The notes under the pieces were generated by a model. The model was given only the letters and a program-made list of their open reading frames with translations. It ran no database searches and was not told the origin of the DNA. Position numbers and translations under genes: made by a program. Shown piece after piece: positions 39,892 to 53,491 of a stretch of 64,000 nucleotides of DNA (positions are counted from its first letter, which is position 1; each line of letters begins with the position of its first letter). The DNA is from Octopus vulgaris (taxonomy: Eukaryota). The DNA is taken from NCBI GenBank assembly GCA_951406725.2, contig OX597815.1:185628001-185692000 (forward strand), in the 5' to 3' direction.

Positions 39892-40274
39892 CTAGCAGTA
39901 TCGTCCAGGTTTGTTACAACCCTTTAGAATTGGAATTTTTGAAAAGTAAAAATTTTGCATTATGTAGCTTGTTATTCTCTTTAAGTGAACATTTTTCTGG
40001 TTGAAATACACCGAAAAATGGTGACACAGCAGTCAAAATATCGTAAAAAATAGGGATTTTCATAGAAAATAAATCACCTTTTTGATGTAAATAATTTTGG
40101 GTGTTAACATGGTCCGATTTAAATTTTTTCTTCTGCGTAAAGAAGAGCAAGCCTTCTTCTATCATACTCTTAATTTTGGTCAACTTGCGCTGCAGGGTCT
40201 CGGAGGAGATAGTGTTAGTTGAAGGCTACCAAACCTGCCATATACAGACAACTTCAGCTTTATATATAGAGAGA
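39892..40274 (-). mobile_element. Non-autonomous Helitron
   Basis: Minus strand starts TCTCTCTATATATAAAG and ends ...CTGCTAG, inserted between A and T. Short relative at 46128-46198. Confidence 0.6.
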
Positions 40275-42446
40275 TTTCATATGCCATATTTACACAAATG
40301 AAACAACAGATGTTAACAAGCTTCAAGAAATTCCATGCACTGTGTCCTGTGTAAACAGACACACAAGTGGTATTGTGAGATTAAAAGCAGATTAACTGAG
40401 GTTTAATTTCATATGTGGCTGAAGGGAAACAAGCATAAAGATCACACAGAAAATAGACTCCCTCAGGTATTCAGGTAGCTTCAGTCACCTTGTTGACTTA
40501 ATTAGCAGTTGGAGTAGATTTTCTGAAAACATAGCATCTGAAGCAAGTATAGGTTGGAAAAATGCTCAGAGAGCTATTACCTCTGCTTGCAATAAATGCA
40601 CTACAAAGTACCATATTCTCACCAGCACCTAGTACCTCTCCCTCGTCACAATGCTTAAGAAAGGATTGCATTAGATTTGTTGATATCTGATAAACCACAA
40701 TTTTTGCCATTATTGTCTTCTCCTTCACCGTCATCACAATGTCTCATTAATGCAAGAATGCATGAGTTCCGATACAGCCCCCCCCACTCCTATAATGTTC
40801 ACATCCTCTTCCTTAGATATCTGTTACTATCTTGTCATTGCCATCTCAACTACTAATCACTTGTGATCTCTTATCAGCCAAAAATTACCCTCCTGTATTG
40901 CTAGCCTTTGATCCATCTCCTTCAGGTCACTCATTATTCGCATTCATTACGCTTTTAACCACTAACCATTTTATGACTATCCATCACTCACTCTCTCCCA
41001 TTACTCCCTCCCATTCGTATCCCATTACACCTTGCCTTTATTGTCTTTCCAATATGTCTTACATTGTCTCTACTTTCCTTTCTTCCTTTTCATCACTGTC
41101 ACTCCTTTAAAACCGATTTCCTTTCCATAATCTCATTTTCATCTCTCTCTCTCTCTCTCTTTGATTCCAGGTCATTTTCTGCACGTTCAAAGACATTCCC
41201 TGCCAATAAATTGTCCTGTAGCACCGCTCTTTCAAAAATGGGTGGAATAAAGAATCCATTACTTGAAAAAACAGGGAAGGTTTAGTGACTGGAAAGGCAT
41301 TCTGGTGTAAAACAAGGCCTCGATACATAGTTATCCAACCCATGCAAGCATAGAAAAATGAACATAAAATAAATATATATGTATGAAGGTGTGTGTGTGT
41401 GTGTGTGTGTATATCTATATAGATAGATAGATACACATACATACATACACACACACAAAGAATTAAAGTCGCAAATAAAATAATACTTTATGGTGGGGAT
41501 GTATTCTCTTTCAACTATTCTGAACATTTTCTTTGAAAGCTAATCAACCATTATCTTTGAAGACAAGGAAGCAAAAAGAAATTTAGAAACAAAATGGAAA
41601 TGAAAAGTTTAAAACAAAAAATAAGTAAGAACTTAAAGTAAACCTTCTTTCTAGGTTTATTTATCATTCATTTAAATTATTTATTCGTTTGTTTCTCGTT
41701 CATGACTGGCAGGATTAAAGATTAAACGCAGTGTTTGTGGGTGGTGATGGCTAGATTTAGAACTCCTGAACAGAAGTTAGCAATTATCCATCGGTTTAGT
41801 AAACAAAACAATAGCGAATTCTTATTGTAGGTGGAAGCTGTTTCAATTCAGCTTAATACTACAATAATAAACCTACACAAGTGCAAATTGTCACGCTGCC
41901 AGGCATTTTCTTTGTCTTTCAAGATGATAATTTTTGTCATCACATACATAAAGAAAGTCATTGTCACCATCACATTCCACTTCGGCATCGTCTACTTCTT
42001 CTTCAAATCCAATCATTATTATCATTATTGTTATCATTATCATTATTATTATTTGTTGCTGTTGTTTGGTTTACCAGCGACAATCTTAAAGATTGGTCTT
42101 TAGATATTTGCTTCCACATTCAACAACTGCTAATATTGGCTCATTTGTGGCCAGTCACAGAAAATATAATTAGTTTCGGGTTGTTCCTTACACTGGTAAT
42201 GTTTATTGCTTTTTTCCCCTCAGGTTTGCTATGAGAATCGTTTGTTTTCTTTCTCTTTCTTCAATAATCAAAATGGCTTCTCTCTGTATTTTATTTTTAT
42301 TCCAACTTATATTATATTATATTATTTCATTATTTATCGTACATTCAATATTGATTTAAAGATGTTGCATAAAAAAAAGAAACCTAATTATATCTTTATA
42401 CCCATGATGTACTTACAGTGCTTCTGGATATATGTATATGTACATA

Positions 42447-42509
<63 letters not shown>

Positions 42510-42594
42510 GTTAAATATAAAGATAATTTTAAATAACGTACCACTTTTCCTTGGGAATTAATAAAACAAATGAAATATATTGGATTGGACAGAT

Positions 42595-42637
<43 letters not shown>

Positions 42638-43454
42638 ATTTTATATTTGAAGATGGTACTTTGAAGTAGTAGCAATGAAATTACTTTCACATACATATCT
42701 ATATCTATCTATTTATCTATGTATCTGTCTATCTATCTTTCCATTGATCAATCCATCCATACATGTAGAGGTAGGTACGTCCATATATGTTTATATATAT
42801 GCATATGTTTTATTTTATTTATTAACATATATATATATATATATATATCATGATCATCATTGTTGAACATCCGCTTTCCATGCTAGCATAGGTTGGACGA
42901 TTTGACTGAGGACTGGCAAACCAGATAGCTGCACCAGGATCCAATCTTGATCTGGCAGAGTTTCTACAGCTGGATGCCCTTCCTAACGCCAACCATTCCG
43001 AGAGTGTAGTGGGGTGCTTTTTACATGCCACCGGCACGAGGGCCAGTCTGGCGGTACTGGCAACGGCCACGCTCGAAAATGGCAACCACAACAACAATAG
43101 CAACAACAACAAAAAGAACCAACAGCTGCCAGTATTACTCCGACTTTGGTTTGGTTGACTTTTGTATATCGTACTTCTTCACCCCAAAAAGTTCTTGTCT
43201 CTAAGTAACCAATATTTATTCTGTCTAATGTAAAATATTTATCGATGTTATTTTCAATCATTTCTGTCAACTTAGGACAGGCTTCACCAACATACAATAC
43301 ACAATCACACACACACACACACACAAGATATGTTTCTCATGAATACGTGCATGCATGGCTCTGTGCCTCTGAGTATAAATCTATGTGGGTGTTGTCTCTG
43401 ATAATGCTTTTCATATTTCAATTCATAAATATATAAAATTCTTTTTACTTTGAT

Positions 43455-43478
43455 TATATATATATACACATATATGTA

Positions 43479-43525
<47 letters not shown>

Positions 43526-44140
43526 CATACACACACACATATATATATACATACACATATATACATACGCACACATATATACATACGCACACATATATAT
43601 ATACATACACATATATACATACATACACATATATATACATACATACACATACATACATGTATATATTACACACATATATATACACACACATACACACAGA
43701 TATGCACATACACACACATTTATGTACATACATATATATATACACATACATACATATATATGTATATATATACATACATATGTATATATATACATACATA
43801 TGTATATATATATATATACACATACATACATGTATATATTACACACATATATATACACACACATACACACAGATATGCACATACACACACATTTATGTAC
43901 ATACATATATATATATATACACATACATACATATATATGTATATATATACATACATATGTATATATATACATACATATGTATATATATATACACACACAT
44001 GTATATATACAGACACATATATGTATATATACACACACATATACACACACACATATATACATGCACACATAGATACATATATGTATATACACACACATAC
44101 ATAAATATATATATATATATACATACATGTATACATGTAT
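43455..44140. repeat. Compound AT/AC microsatellite with an internal duplication of about 173 bp
   Basis: AGATATGCACATACACACACATTTATGTAC recurs at about 43698 and 43871. Confidence 0.9.
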
Positions 44141-44302
44141 AATACTATGTGTGTCTCTCTACAAATACATACATACATGTATGTATATATTTATAGATGT
44201 ATGTAGATATAGGTGTCTGTGTCTGTGTGTCTGTATGTGTATAGATGTGTGAATGTGTATTGGAGGATATCTTGTAAATTCTATTGAAACATACCAAATC
44301 AA

Positions 44303-44338
<36 letters not shown>

Positions 44339-44788
44339 TCAATATAAACATTTCTAAGAGTATAAAGTATAAAAACCACATTGCTCTCTTAATAAGATAA
44401 TTTGATTTAAAATGGTGGAAGGAAAACAATATATTGTTAAGTAAGATTACTTTGAGACACATCCATAACAACAACAACAACAACAATAATAATAATAATA
44501 ACAAATGAAAACAGTAATTGTTATTAGTATTATTATTATTATTCATATTACTAGTACTATTATTAATCGTATCTTTTTTACTAATTTATTATTTTTAGTT
44601 TAGCAACAAGAAAAAGAAAATGTAGAAAGAATCATTTATTTGAACAGAAATAAACTTTGACATTTGTTCTTGAATTCCAATAATTCCTTAAGCACAATAT
44701 AAACAACTTAGACAAGAATAAAAGACAGAAAAAACCAAACAAACAAAAGAATTGAGTCATCTCAAAGAAAACAAGATACAAGAGTCTG

Positions 44789-44824
<36 letters not shown>

Positions 44825-45159
44825 TCATTGTTGTTTACGTCTGCCTTCCATGCTGGCATGGGTTTGACGGTTTGACTGAAGACTGGTGAACCAGACGGCT
44901 GCACCAGGCTCCAGTCTGATCTGGCAAACTTCCTACAGCTAGATGCCCTTCCTAAAACCAACCACTCCAAGAGTGTAGTGGGTGCTTTTTATGTGCCACC
45001 GGCACCAGGGCCACTCAGGGCGTACTGGCATTGGCCACATTCTGTAGGTGATTTTTACGTACCATTGGCACATAAAAAACATGAGTATATATATGTATAT
45101 ATGTGAGTGTGTGTGCATATACATATATATATACATACATACATATATACATACATACA

Positions 45160-45366
45160 TTTCAAAATGTGACCTCGTGTGTACCGTTGGCGATTTTTTT
45201 CCTCTGTCTTCCCTTCTCTGGATCTTTCCTTCTCCTATGTTTCCGACAAAGAGCTCCGCTCGAAACGTTAAACCCTCCTTCTTTCCTTTTTCCTGAGCGT
45301 CCAATAATACTATATTTGTTCCACATCCTCGTGTTGTTGTGTTTTTTTGTGCTTTCTTGTTTGAAT

Positions 45367-45372
<6 letters not shown>
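45160..45372 (+). mobile_element. Penelope-type terminal fragment with mutated hammerhead (45239-45273)
   Basis: GTTT-CCGACAA-AGAGC-TCC-GCTC-GAAAC-GT-T-AAAC. Related tail inverted at about 10560-10645. Confidence 0.55.
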
Positions 45373-45411
<39 letters not shown>

Positions 45412-47349
45412 TCATCATCATTTAACATCCATTTTCCATGCTGGCATGGGTTGGACGGTTTGACTGAGCTGTCAAGGCCAGGAGCCACACCAGGTTCCAT
45501 AGTCTGTTTTGACATGGTTTCTACATGCCAGCCACTTTACAGAATGTCGCAGTCCACTGGTGGACATTTCCGTCCATCTGCCTGATTGCATTTGGTCATA
45601 CCACTGACTCAGTAATGCTGATACACATTAACACAATGCTAACCCGTGGCTCTCTCAATCTTGTGGCTGTGTGGTGAGAAGTTTGCTTCTCAACCATATG
45701 GTTCTGAGTTCAGTCTTACTGTGTGGCACCTTGGAAAATTTTTTTCTACTATAGCCTCAGGCTGACCAAAGTTTTTGAGTGGATTTGGTAGACGGAAACT
45801 GAAAGAAGCCTGTCATACATATACACGTGTGTGTGTGTGTGTCTTTGTGTCACTGTTTATTCCCCACCCACCACTTGAGAAGTAGTGTTGGTGTGTTTAC
45901 GTCCCAGCCAACTAGCGGTTCAGCAAAAGAGACCAATAGAATTCATTTGACTAAAGGCGGTGCTCTAGTATGGCTGCAGTCAGATTACTGAAACAAGTAA
46001 AAGAGTAACTCTTTTCATATCCTCATTTTCATTGTCATCAGCATCTTTCTTATTATTTTCATTATTGTTCATCATCGTTTAACGTCTGCTATTGTCAGAA
46101 AGAATAAAAACTTCAGTTTTATCATCACTAGCGAGCTAACAAGGAATCTAAATCGAAGGGGACAGACACTCACACAACTACAGTTTTATATATATAGATA
46201 TATATATATAATTATACATATACATATATATATACATATACACACACGTATGTGTATGTGTGCCTGTGTCTGTCCCCCATGACCACTTCACAACTGGTGT
46301 TGGTGTGTTTACATCCCAGTAACTTAGTGGTTAAGCGAGCTAACATCACTAGCAAGCCATTCAACCATGCAGAAATAGCAGTGAACATTCCTCAGACTGC
46401 ACCCTATCATCATCATCGTTTAACGTCCGTTTTCCATGCTGCCACGGGTTGGATGGTTCGACTGGGGTCTGGGAAGCCAGAAGACTGTGTCAGGCTCCAG
46501 TCTGATCTGGCAGTGTTTCTACAGCTGGATGCCTTTCCTAACGCCAGCCACTCCATTATTGTTTTTACGTGCCACCAGCACAGGTGCCAGGGGAGGCTGG
46601 CAACGGCCACGAGCGGTTGGTGCTTTTTACGTGCCACCGTAGATATAAATTGAACGAGACATTGTGCAATGTAGCTTTAGATCTACAAGAGACACATTTC
46701 TCAGCTCAAACAGACCTGACCAAGGGTTGAACAAAATCATCATCATCATCACCATCACCACCACCACCACCACCACAATAGTGAAATATATTTAAACCTG
46801 ATGATTTGGGTCATATTTCCTCTTTTGGCTCCATTTTATGAAAACACATGAAAGCCAATTTTAGAGTTCCATTTAATCATTCCTATTACAACTTTGTTTG
46901 CTTCCGTATAAGAAATATTGATTATTCTTCACTTCACACAAGCTAATTTTTGTTTAAGGTTGGCAAATATAAAATTGGACCCAATCATAGACTATCACTT
47001 GGACGCAGCTTCTTAGCCTCACACGAATATAAAGAGACTTTCAGTTCAACAATGTTTGAACTTAATACTCTGAAGAAGACGAACAAAATACTGCAACATA
47101 GATTTTATCCCCACCATCATTTCTGCTGAGTTATTTTGTTTATTTATTTTATTCTTTTATTTGTTTCAGTCATTTGACTGTGGCCATGCTGGAGCAACGT
47201 CTTTAGTCGAACAAATCAAACCCAGGACTTATTCTTTGTAAGCCCAATACTTATTCCATCAGCCTATTTTGCCGAATAGCTAAGTTACGGGGATATAAAC
47301 ACACCAACATTGGTTGTCAAGTGATAGTGGGGGGACGAACAGACACATA

Positions 47350-47385
<36 letters not shown>

Positions 47386-47398
47386 TATATATATGTAT

Positions 47399-47704
47399 TA
47401 CACTTCTATATTTAAGAGATAAGGAATTATATACATTGTTTACATTTGACGGACATTTGTCCTCATCTTGTTTGTTAACACAACACTTTAGCTGATATAC
47501 CCTCCAGCCTTCATCAGGTGTTTTCGGGAAATTTCAAACCTAGGTTCTCATTCCTAATAACAATAATAATAATATCAAAAAATAGCTTAGGAATAAGAAT
47601 CCAGGTTTGAAATTTGAAATGAAGCCTTGAGGGTATATATGCCAAAACGTTGTGTTAACAACAAACAAGATGAGGATAAATATCCATCAAATGTAAACAA
47701 TGTA
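47399..47704. mobile_element. Inverted pair of the Penelope/hammerhead terminal region
   Basis: 47399-47557 is the reverse complement, and 47558-47704 a forward copy, of the 54580-54779 sequence. Confidence 0.8.
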
Positions 47705-47706
47705 TT

Positions 47707-47760
<54 letters not shown>

Positions 47761-50712
47761 TACAACAGGCTTCTTTCAGTTTCCATCTACTTTAGCCTCA
47801 GGTCAGCCAAAGCCTTGCGAGTGAATCTGGTAGATGGAAACTGAAAGAATCTCATCATATATATACATATATATATATATATATAATTATACATATATAT
47901 ATACACACATGCGTGTGTATGTGTATGTGTGCCTGTGTCTGTCCCCCATGACCACTTCACAACTGGTGTTGGTGTGTTTACATCCCAGTAACTTAGTGGT
48001 TAAGCAAAAGAAACTGACAGAATAAATACCAGGCTTTAAAAAAAAGTATTACCGTTAATTCATTTGACTCAAAATTCCTGAGGTAGTGCCCCAGTATGGC
48101 CATAGTCTAATGACTGATACAAGTAAAAGTTAAAAGAGTGTGTGAGTAAGACATATAAGACAGGTTTCTGCACAGTTTCCGTCTACAAAATTTTACTTAT
48201 AAGGTATTGGTCAACCAGAGACGAAGGTAGATAACAGTTGTTCTTGGTGCCACACTGTGCGTTTGAACCAAGAACTATGGAATTATGGAGCAACCTCCTT
48301 AACCACTCAGTGCTATTTGTGCCTTTAATTCTTTAGCACTTAAGCCAGCCATATCCAACCCAAATATATCTAGTGATAAACAATCACATCATCCAAATCT
48401 CAAAGCTGCAATATAATGCAGGATTTCTGGCCGATGCCAGTGCCGCCTTGATTGGCTTCCATGCTGGTGGCACATAAAATGCACCAATCCGATCGTGGCC
48501 GCTGCCAGCCTCGCCTGGCACGTAAAAAGCACCCACTACACTCACGGAGTGGTTGGCATTAGGAAGGGCATCCAGCTGTAGAAACACTGCCAGATCAGAC
48601 TGGAGCCTGGTGCAGCTTTCTGGCTTCCCAGATCCCCATTCGAACCATCCAACCCATGCTAGCATGGAGAACAGACATTAAACGATGATGATGAAGGCAT
48701 ATGAATAAGTATTAAATTGATAGGAAAATTTTAATGGCAAAGGGTTAACTGAAGCTTTGGCTGTATCATACAACACACAATACTCCTAACATTTGAGGAT
48801 GGTTGAGTGACTCTAGTTATATCAGATACATTACTGGTAATCAGAAATATTTGATAATACACGAGTTGTCTTTATTGTTAGGCTGTAGCAAAATCTAATC
48901 AAAATATATGCTTACAACACTCTACAGCAATTCAAAAGAACACCACTTCTTGAGAAATAAGCAGATGTTACAATGAATGAATCAGGTGAAAAAAAAATCC
49001 ATATTAACAAGCACAAATTAACAAAAAGAAACTCAGAAAGCACCTTCAGTTCCAAGGTGGAAGATGCAGGCATATGGAAAGCAAAGGACCTAAGACAAGG
49101 CATACAAATAAGAGATAAAGAAGTGCCATCATTAACTAAATGTCAGCTCTCTGAATACAGGATTTCTTTTTAGCTTATATGATATGTATGAGAAAATTCA
49201 TATGGGAAGTTTATAATATGATAATATAGACGAGTTTTAGGGATAAAAAAGTAAATAACATTTATTAATGTTAGAATAAGATGACTTTGAATAACTGGGT
49301 ATTGCTTAGCAACAAAACTTGAGGAAGGTTACATTATTCTCGTATTGCATTAATATTCCGTGTAATTTAAAACTGAGAACATTTTGATAGGTTTGTACAT
49401 TTTTTTTTTTTAGTTTGGAAGGTAAAACTGGGACCAGAATAGGGGTAAAGGTATTTGTTTTAAAACTTTGATCTATCATTATTGTGCTAAATTAGCATTT
49501 ATAGCATGTTTTTCTTATGACCTTATCATCATTTTCCAATGTCTCTTTTCCATGCTGGCATGGGTTGGACGGTTTGACAGGAGCTAGCAAACTGGAGAAC
49601 AGCCAGAGCTCCATTTATCTGTTTTGGCATGGTTGCTACGGCTGAATCCTTGGATCGTATGTACGTATACATATATGTATGTTTATAGGTTCATATAGAT
49701 ATAACCCCATCCCCCATTAGTAAATCTGAATAACAAAATAAAATCAATGATAGGCAGTGTCTTCCTGTGAAAAAATATCAGTTACAACTATGATGTTGTT
49801 GATGAAATATGTTCTTTGTCTATCTACTTATCCTCTTTGTGATTTGGGGTAATAAGAAAACTATACAAATGAATCCTTCGAATTTAACTAAATTCTATAT
49901 TTTTATGCAGCTGAAGATTGCTCTACATTTTAAAATTGATGTAATATTTGCATTGTTCAATTAAATGGAGTTGCATGAAACGATCGTACTGCATTACCTC
50001 TGGATATCCTTGTTGCTTATTTTGATTGTAATCACCCCATTTTGAATTATATGGATAATACCATACTAAATTCTGGTGCCTTTCACTTAAATACCATATT
50101 CAACTGAATCTAAATTTTACTGAACTTATATATATGTATATATGTGTGTGTGTGTGTTAATATTTATTTATGTATGCATATATACATAGAGGAATATGGA
50201 AGTTTGCATTGCTTCAAATGTAATAAATATAAGAAAGCAAAAAGGAAATAATGCAAGGAGTTTCTTACAAGGTTGTGGAGAGAGTTAATAATTAATTCCT
50301 TATATTTCAGGTGAGTCACCCATCTGCAGAGGGAAAGCTAATGAATTATTAGAAACTAGAGATAGCCATATGTTTTCTACAGTAAAACAATGTCTGGTTT
50401 CCAGTTATTTGTTAATTGCTTTTCTTCTCTAAATAGATGATTCACACAAAACATAAGGAAGTGATAAATTATTGTCTCATCACATTGTGAGAAGCTCTCC
50501 ATATTATTCATTTATTATTAATGTGTGTGTGTATGTATATATGTATGATGCCAATACCCACTGACTGGCTGGCTCCCATGCCAGTGGCATGTTAAAAAAG
50601 CACTATCCAAACACAATTGATCCAGACCTGCCTGACTGGCTCCTGTGCTGGTGGCATGTAAAAAGCACCCACTACACTTTTGGAGTGGTTGGCATTAGGA
50701 AGGGCATCTGGC

Positions 50713-51177
50713 TGGGAGTGTAGTGGGTGCTTTTTACATGCCACAAGCACAGGAGCCAGTCAGGCGTGCCTGGCATTGATCATGTTCAGATAGTGCTTTT
50801 CATGTGCCACCAGCATGGGTGCCAGTCAGGTGGACCTGGCATCGACGACATTTGGATAGTGCTTTTTACATGTCACTAGCAAGATATTGGTTTTACTTAA
50901 CTCAACAGGTCTGCTCAAGCCTATCATATCACATGACACATCAGGGGTACTCTTAACTGGGCCAGACATGTGTGTCTGCGATCTCACTTTAGTTGTCAGA
51001 TCTTCTCAATCACAGCATAACTCCAAAGGTCCCAGTCTCCTGTCATTGCCTCCGTGAGGCCCAATGTTTGAAGGTCATGCTTCATCATCACATTCCATGT
51101 CTTCTTGGGTCTACCTCTTCCACAGTTAGGGAGTGGCACTTCCTCACACAGCTGTCCTCATCCATACGTAACACATG

Positions 51178-51178
<1 letters not shown>
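50713..51178 (-). mobile_element. RTE (BovB-like) LINE: ORF C-terminus plus 3' UTR with tandem units
   Basis: HVLRMDEDSCVRKCHSLT/CGRGRPKKTWNVMMKHDLQTLGLTEAMTGDWDLWSYAVIEKI*, followed by family C units. Inverted partner at 50546-50712. Confidence 0.85.
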
Positions 51179-51210
<32 letters not shown>

Positions 51211-51235
51211 ATGTATATATATGTGTGTGTATGAG

Positions 51236-51284
<49 letters not shown>

Positions 51285-51559
51285 TGAATTAGGGGTTGTA
51301 AATGCAACTTATCTACATGGCCGAAACAGCTGTAAGATGTAATCTATATTTATATTTATATCCTCTTATATATATTCTACTTATTGTATAACATTATTTT
51401 TTTATGTACACTTTTTTATGTATACTCCTTTATGTACACTGTTTTGCTCTACTTTTTAATGTTTAACCCTATAGTTTCTTATGTGGTGGTTTAATAAAGT
51501 ATGTGATTGAGTATTATTTGGTAATTGATATTTGATTTAGATGTATTTCTCCATTTTGT

Positions 51560-51595
<36 letters not shown>

Positions 51596-52392
51596 GTTTG
51601 TACTTGGTTAGTACACTCAATGAAGATAGTCCTAATACTAAAATAGTGTATATCAGTATTTGAAGTTGAGGAATTTAAAGTTCTCTGCTTACCATTCCTT
51701 AAATACTTTTGCATTTCATGTCAGAATATGTCGATTATAATGTTGGAAATCTGTTTGCATGGGATTTGTTCTGCTGCTATTACGAGATCTTTGCAGAATA
51801 TGATGTCATTTTACGTAAATGTATCATATCTGTCTATGGAGTATAATCGGGAAGCATTACATACAGATTAACTCTAGCATAATCTTCTCTCGACATCATA
51901 AAAACAGCTTTAAATGGCTGGCTTAATATTTCTTTTGCTATTTAAAATTCGTTAACAAGAATCAATGCTCTGCGCATTTAAATCTTTAAGCTAATAATTT
52001 AATATGAAAATACTAAAATAAGAAAGTAACTAAATATACTTAATTTTCCAAATGAGATTACAGTTTAACTTGAGCATCTCTTCTTCGAAAGATGTAGAGC
52101 TTTGTTGCATTATCATCTACAGATGAGCCAAAAGTTATCTGTGACACATTGCCTTTTCTTTCTATTCTAAGCACGACCCTTAGTTCTCCATATTTGATTA
52201 AAAGTTGAAATTTTACTGAATTAGAAAAATCTATCATTGTTACTCTTGATCTGTGATGGATTGTATATACATTGCTTTATATAGATTAAAATTGCATTAT
52301 GGAGATGTACTTGCATAGCAAGTGACCTGATCTGAGATTGTGTGCTGGAATGAAAACAATTGCAGCGTGGAAGGTGTTTATAAGCCATTTAA

Positions 52393-52613
52393 CCCTTTCG
52401 TTACCAACCTGCCTGAAACTGGCTCTGGCTCTGAGTACAAATTGTCTTGTTTTCACAAGTTTTGAATTAAAATCTTTCACCAAACCTTAGTCACAATTTA
52501 TGTTCCTAACACTAGCTTAATGATAACTAATTTATTTTACTAAATTCTTTGTTATATTTAAAGTAATTGAAACAAACATAGAGTATCTCAAAATAAATAC
52601 AGTAACGAAAGGG
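52393..52613. mobile_element. piggyBac-type MITE
   Basis: TTAA TSDs and perfect 12-bp TIR CCCTTTCGTTAC/GTAACGAAAGGG. Confidence 0.9.
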
Positions 52614-52734
52614 TTAAGAAACACACAAAAACCGTTAGATTCACTTCAACATTTAAATTTAATTTGTTAAATATTTTCGTCACTTTGAGACTGCGGCCTG
52701 TTCTCTGACAAAACTCCGAGATGCAGCATGGAGT

Positions 52735-52785
52735 TTTGTCAGTGAACAGGTCGCGGTCTCAAAGTGATGAAAATATTTTGACAAA
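52735..52785 (+). ncRNA. Variant minimal hammerhead (G3:C8 core)
   Basis: TTTGTCA-GTGAACA-G-GTCGC..GTGAT-GAA-AATATT-T-TGACAAA: 7-bp stem I, stem II with G.U pairs, palindromic stem III. Confidence 0.55.
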
Positions 52786-53442
52786 TTAAATCTAAATGTT
52801 GAAGTGAATCTAACGGTTTTTGTGTGTTTCTTAAAATTGCATTAATTAGAATTCATGTCATGTGACCATCCAAAGAAAATAAGTATAATTTGGACACCAA
52901 AACTTTCAATTAAATACCAACCAATATTCTAATATTATTATACAATCTAATGATGTATGAGCTTCTCTGGTTTCCCTTATGCTGTCTGGATTGCTCATTT
53001 GATCAGTTAATCCTGCATTCCATCAAATCTGACCACTTTATTTTCTGATCTTCAGCTTATCTCAGGCTAGATACCACCTGTTATTGATTTGTGATACATC
53101 TTAAGCCATGTCTTATATATTACTGTCATCATATCCACTTCTTACTATATCCAAATAGCATAAGCCTTCCTTCATGCTAGACAGAATTAGATATCCTCTA
53201 TTCTTCCATCATATAGGTGCAGGAGTGGCCGTGTGGTATGTAGCTTGCTTACGAACCACATGGTTCCGGGTTCGGTCCCACTGCGTGGCACCTTGGGCAA
53301 GTGTCTTCTACTATAGCCTCAAGCTAACCAAAGCCTTGAGTGAATTTGGTAGATGGAAACTGAAAGAAGCCTGTCATATCTATATGTGTGTATATATGTT
53401 TGTGCACACATATAGATATACACACATATACACACACACACA

Positions 53443-53491
<49 letters not shown>

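Larger units (their letters stand above)
52300..52830. mobile_element. Penelope-type inverted insertion with 14-bp TSD
   Basis: TTAAAATTGCATTA at 52286-52299 and 52831-52844. Inverted arms of about 104 bp at 52614-52717 and 52730-52834. Confidence 0.75.

Noticed and set aside
37942-44178. Long YI/HT/CV-rich ORFs in the ORF track (also 7342-7887, 10482-10815 and others)
   Set aside because: They are translations of (TA)n/(CA)n microsatellites, with no coding complexity.
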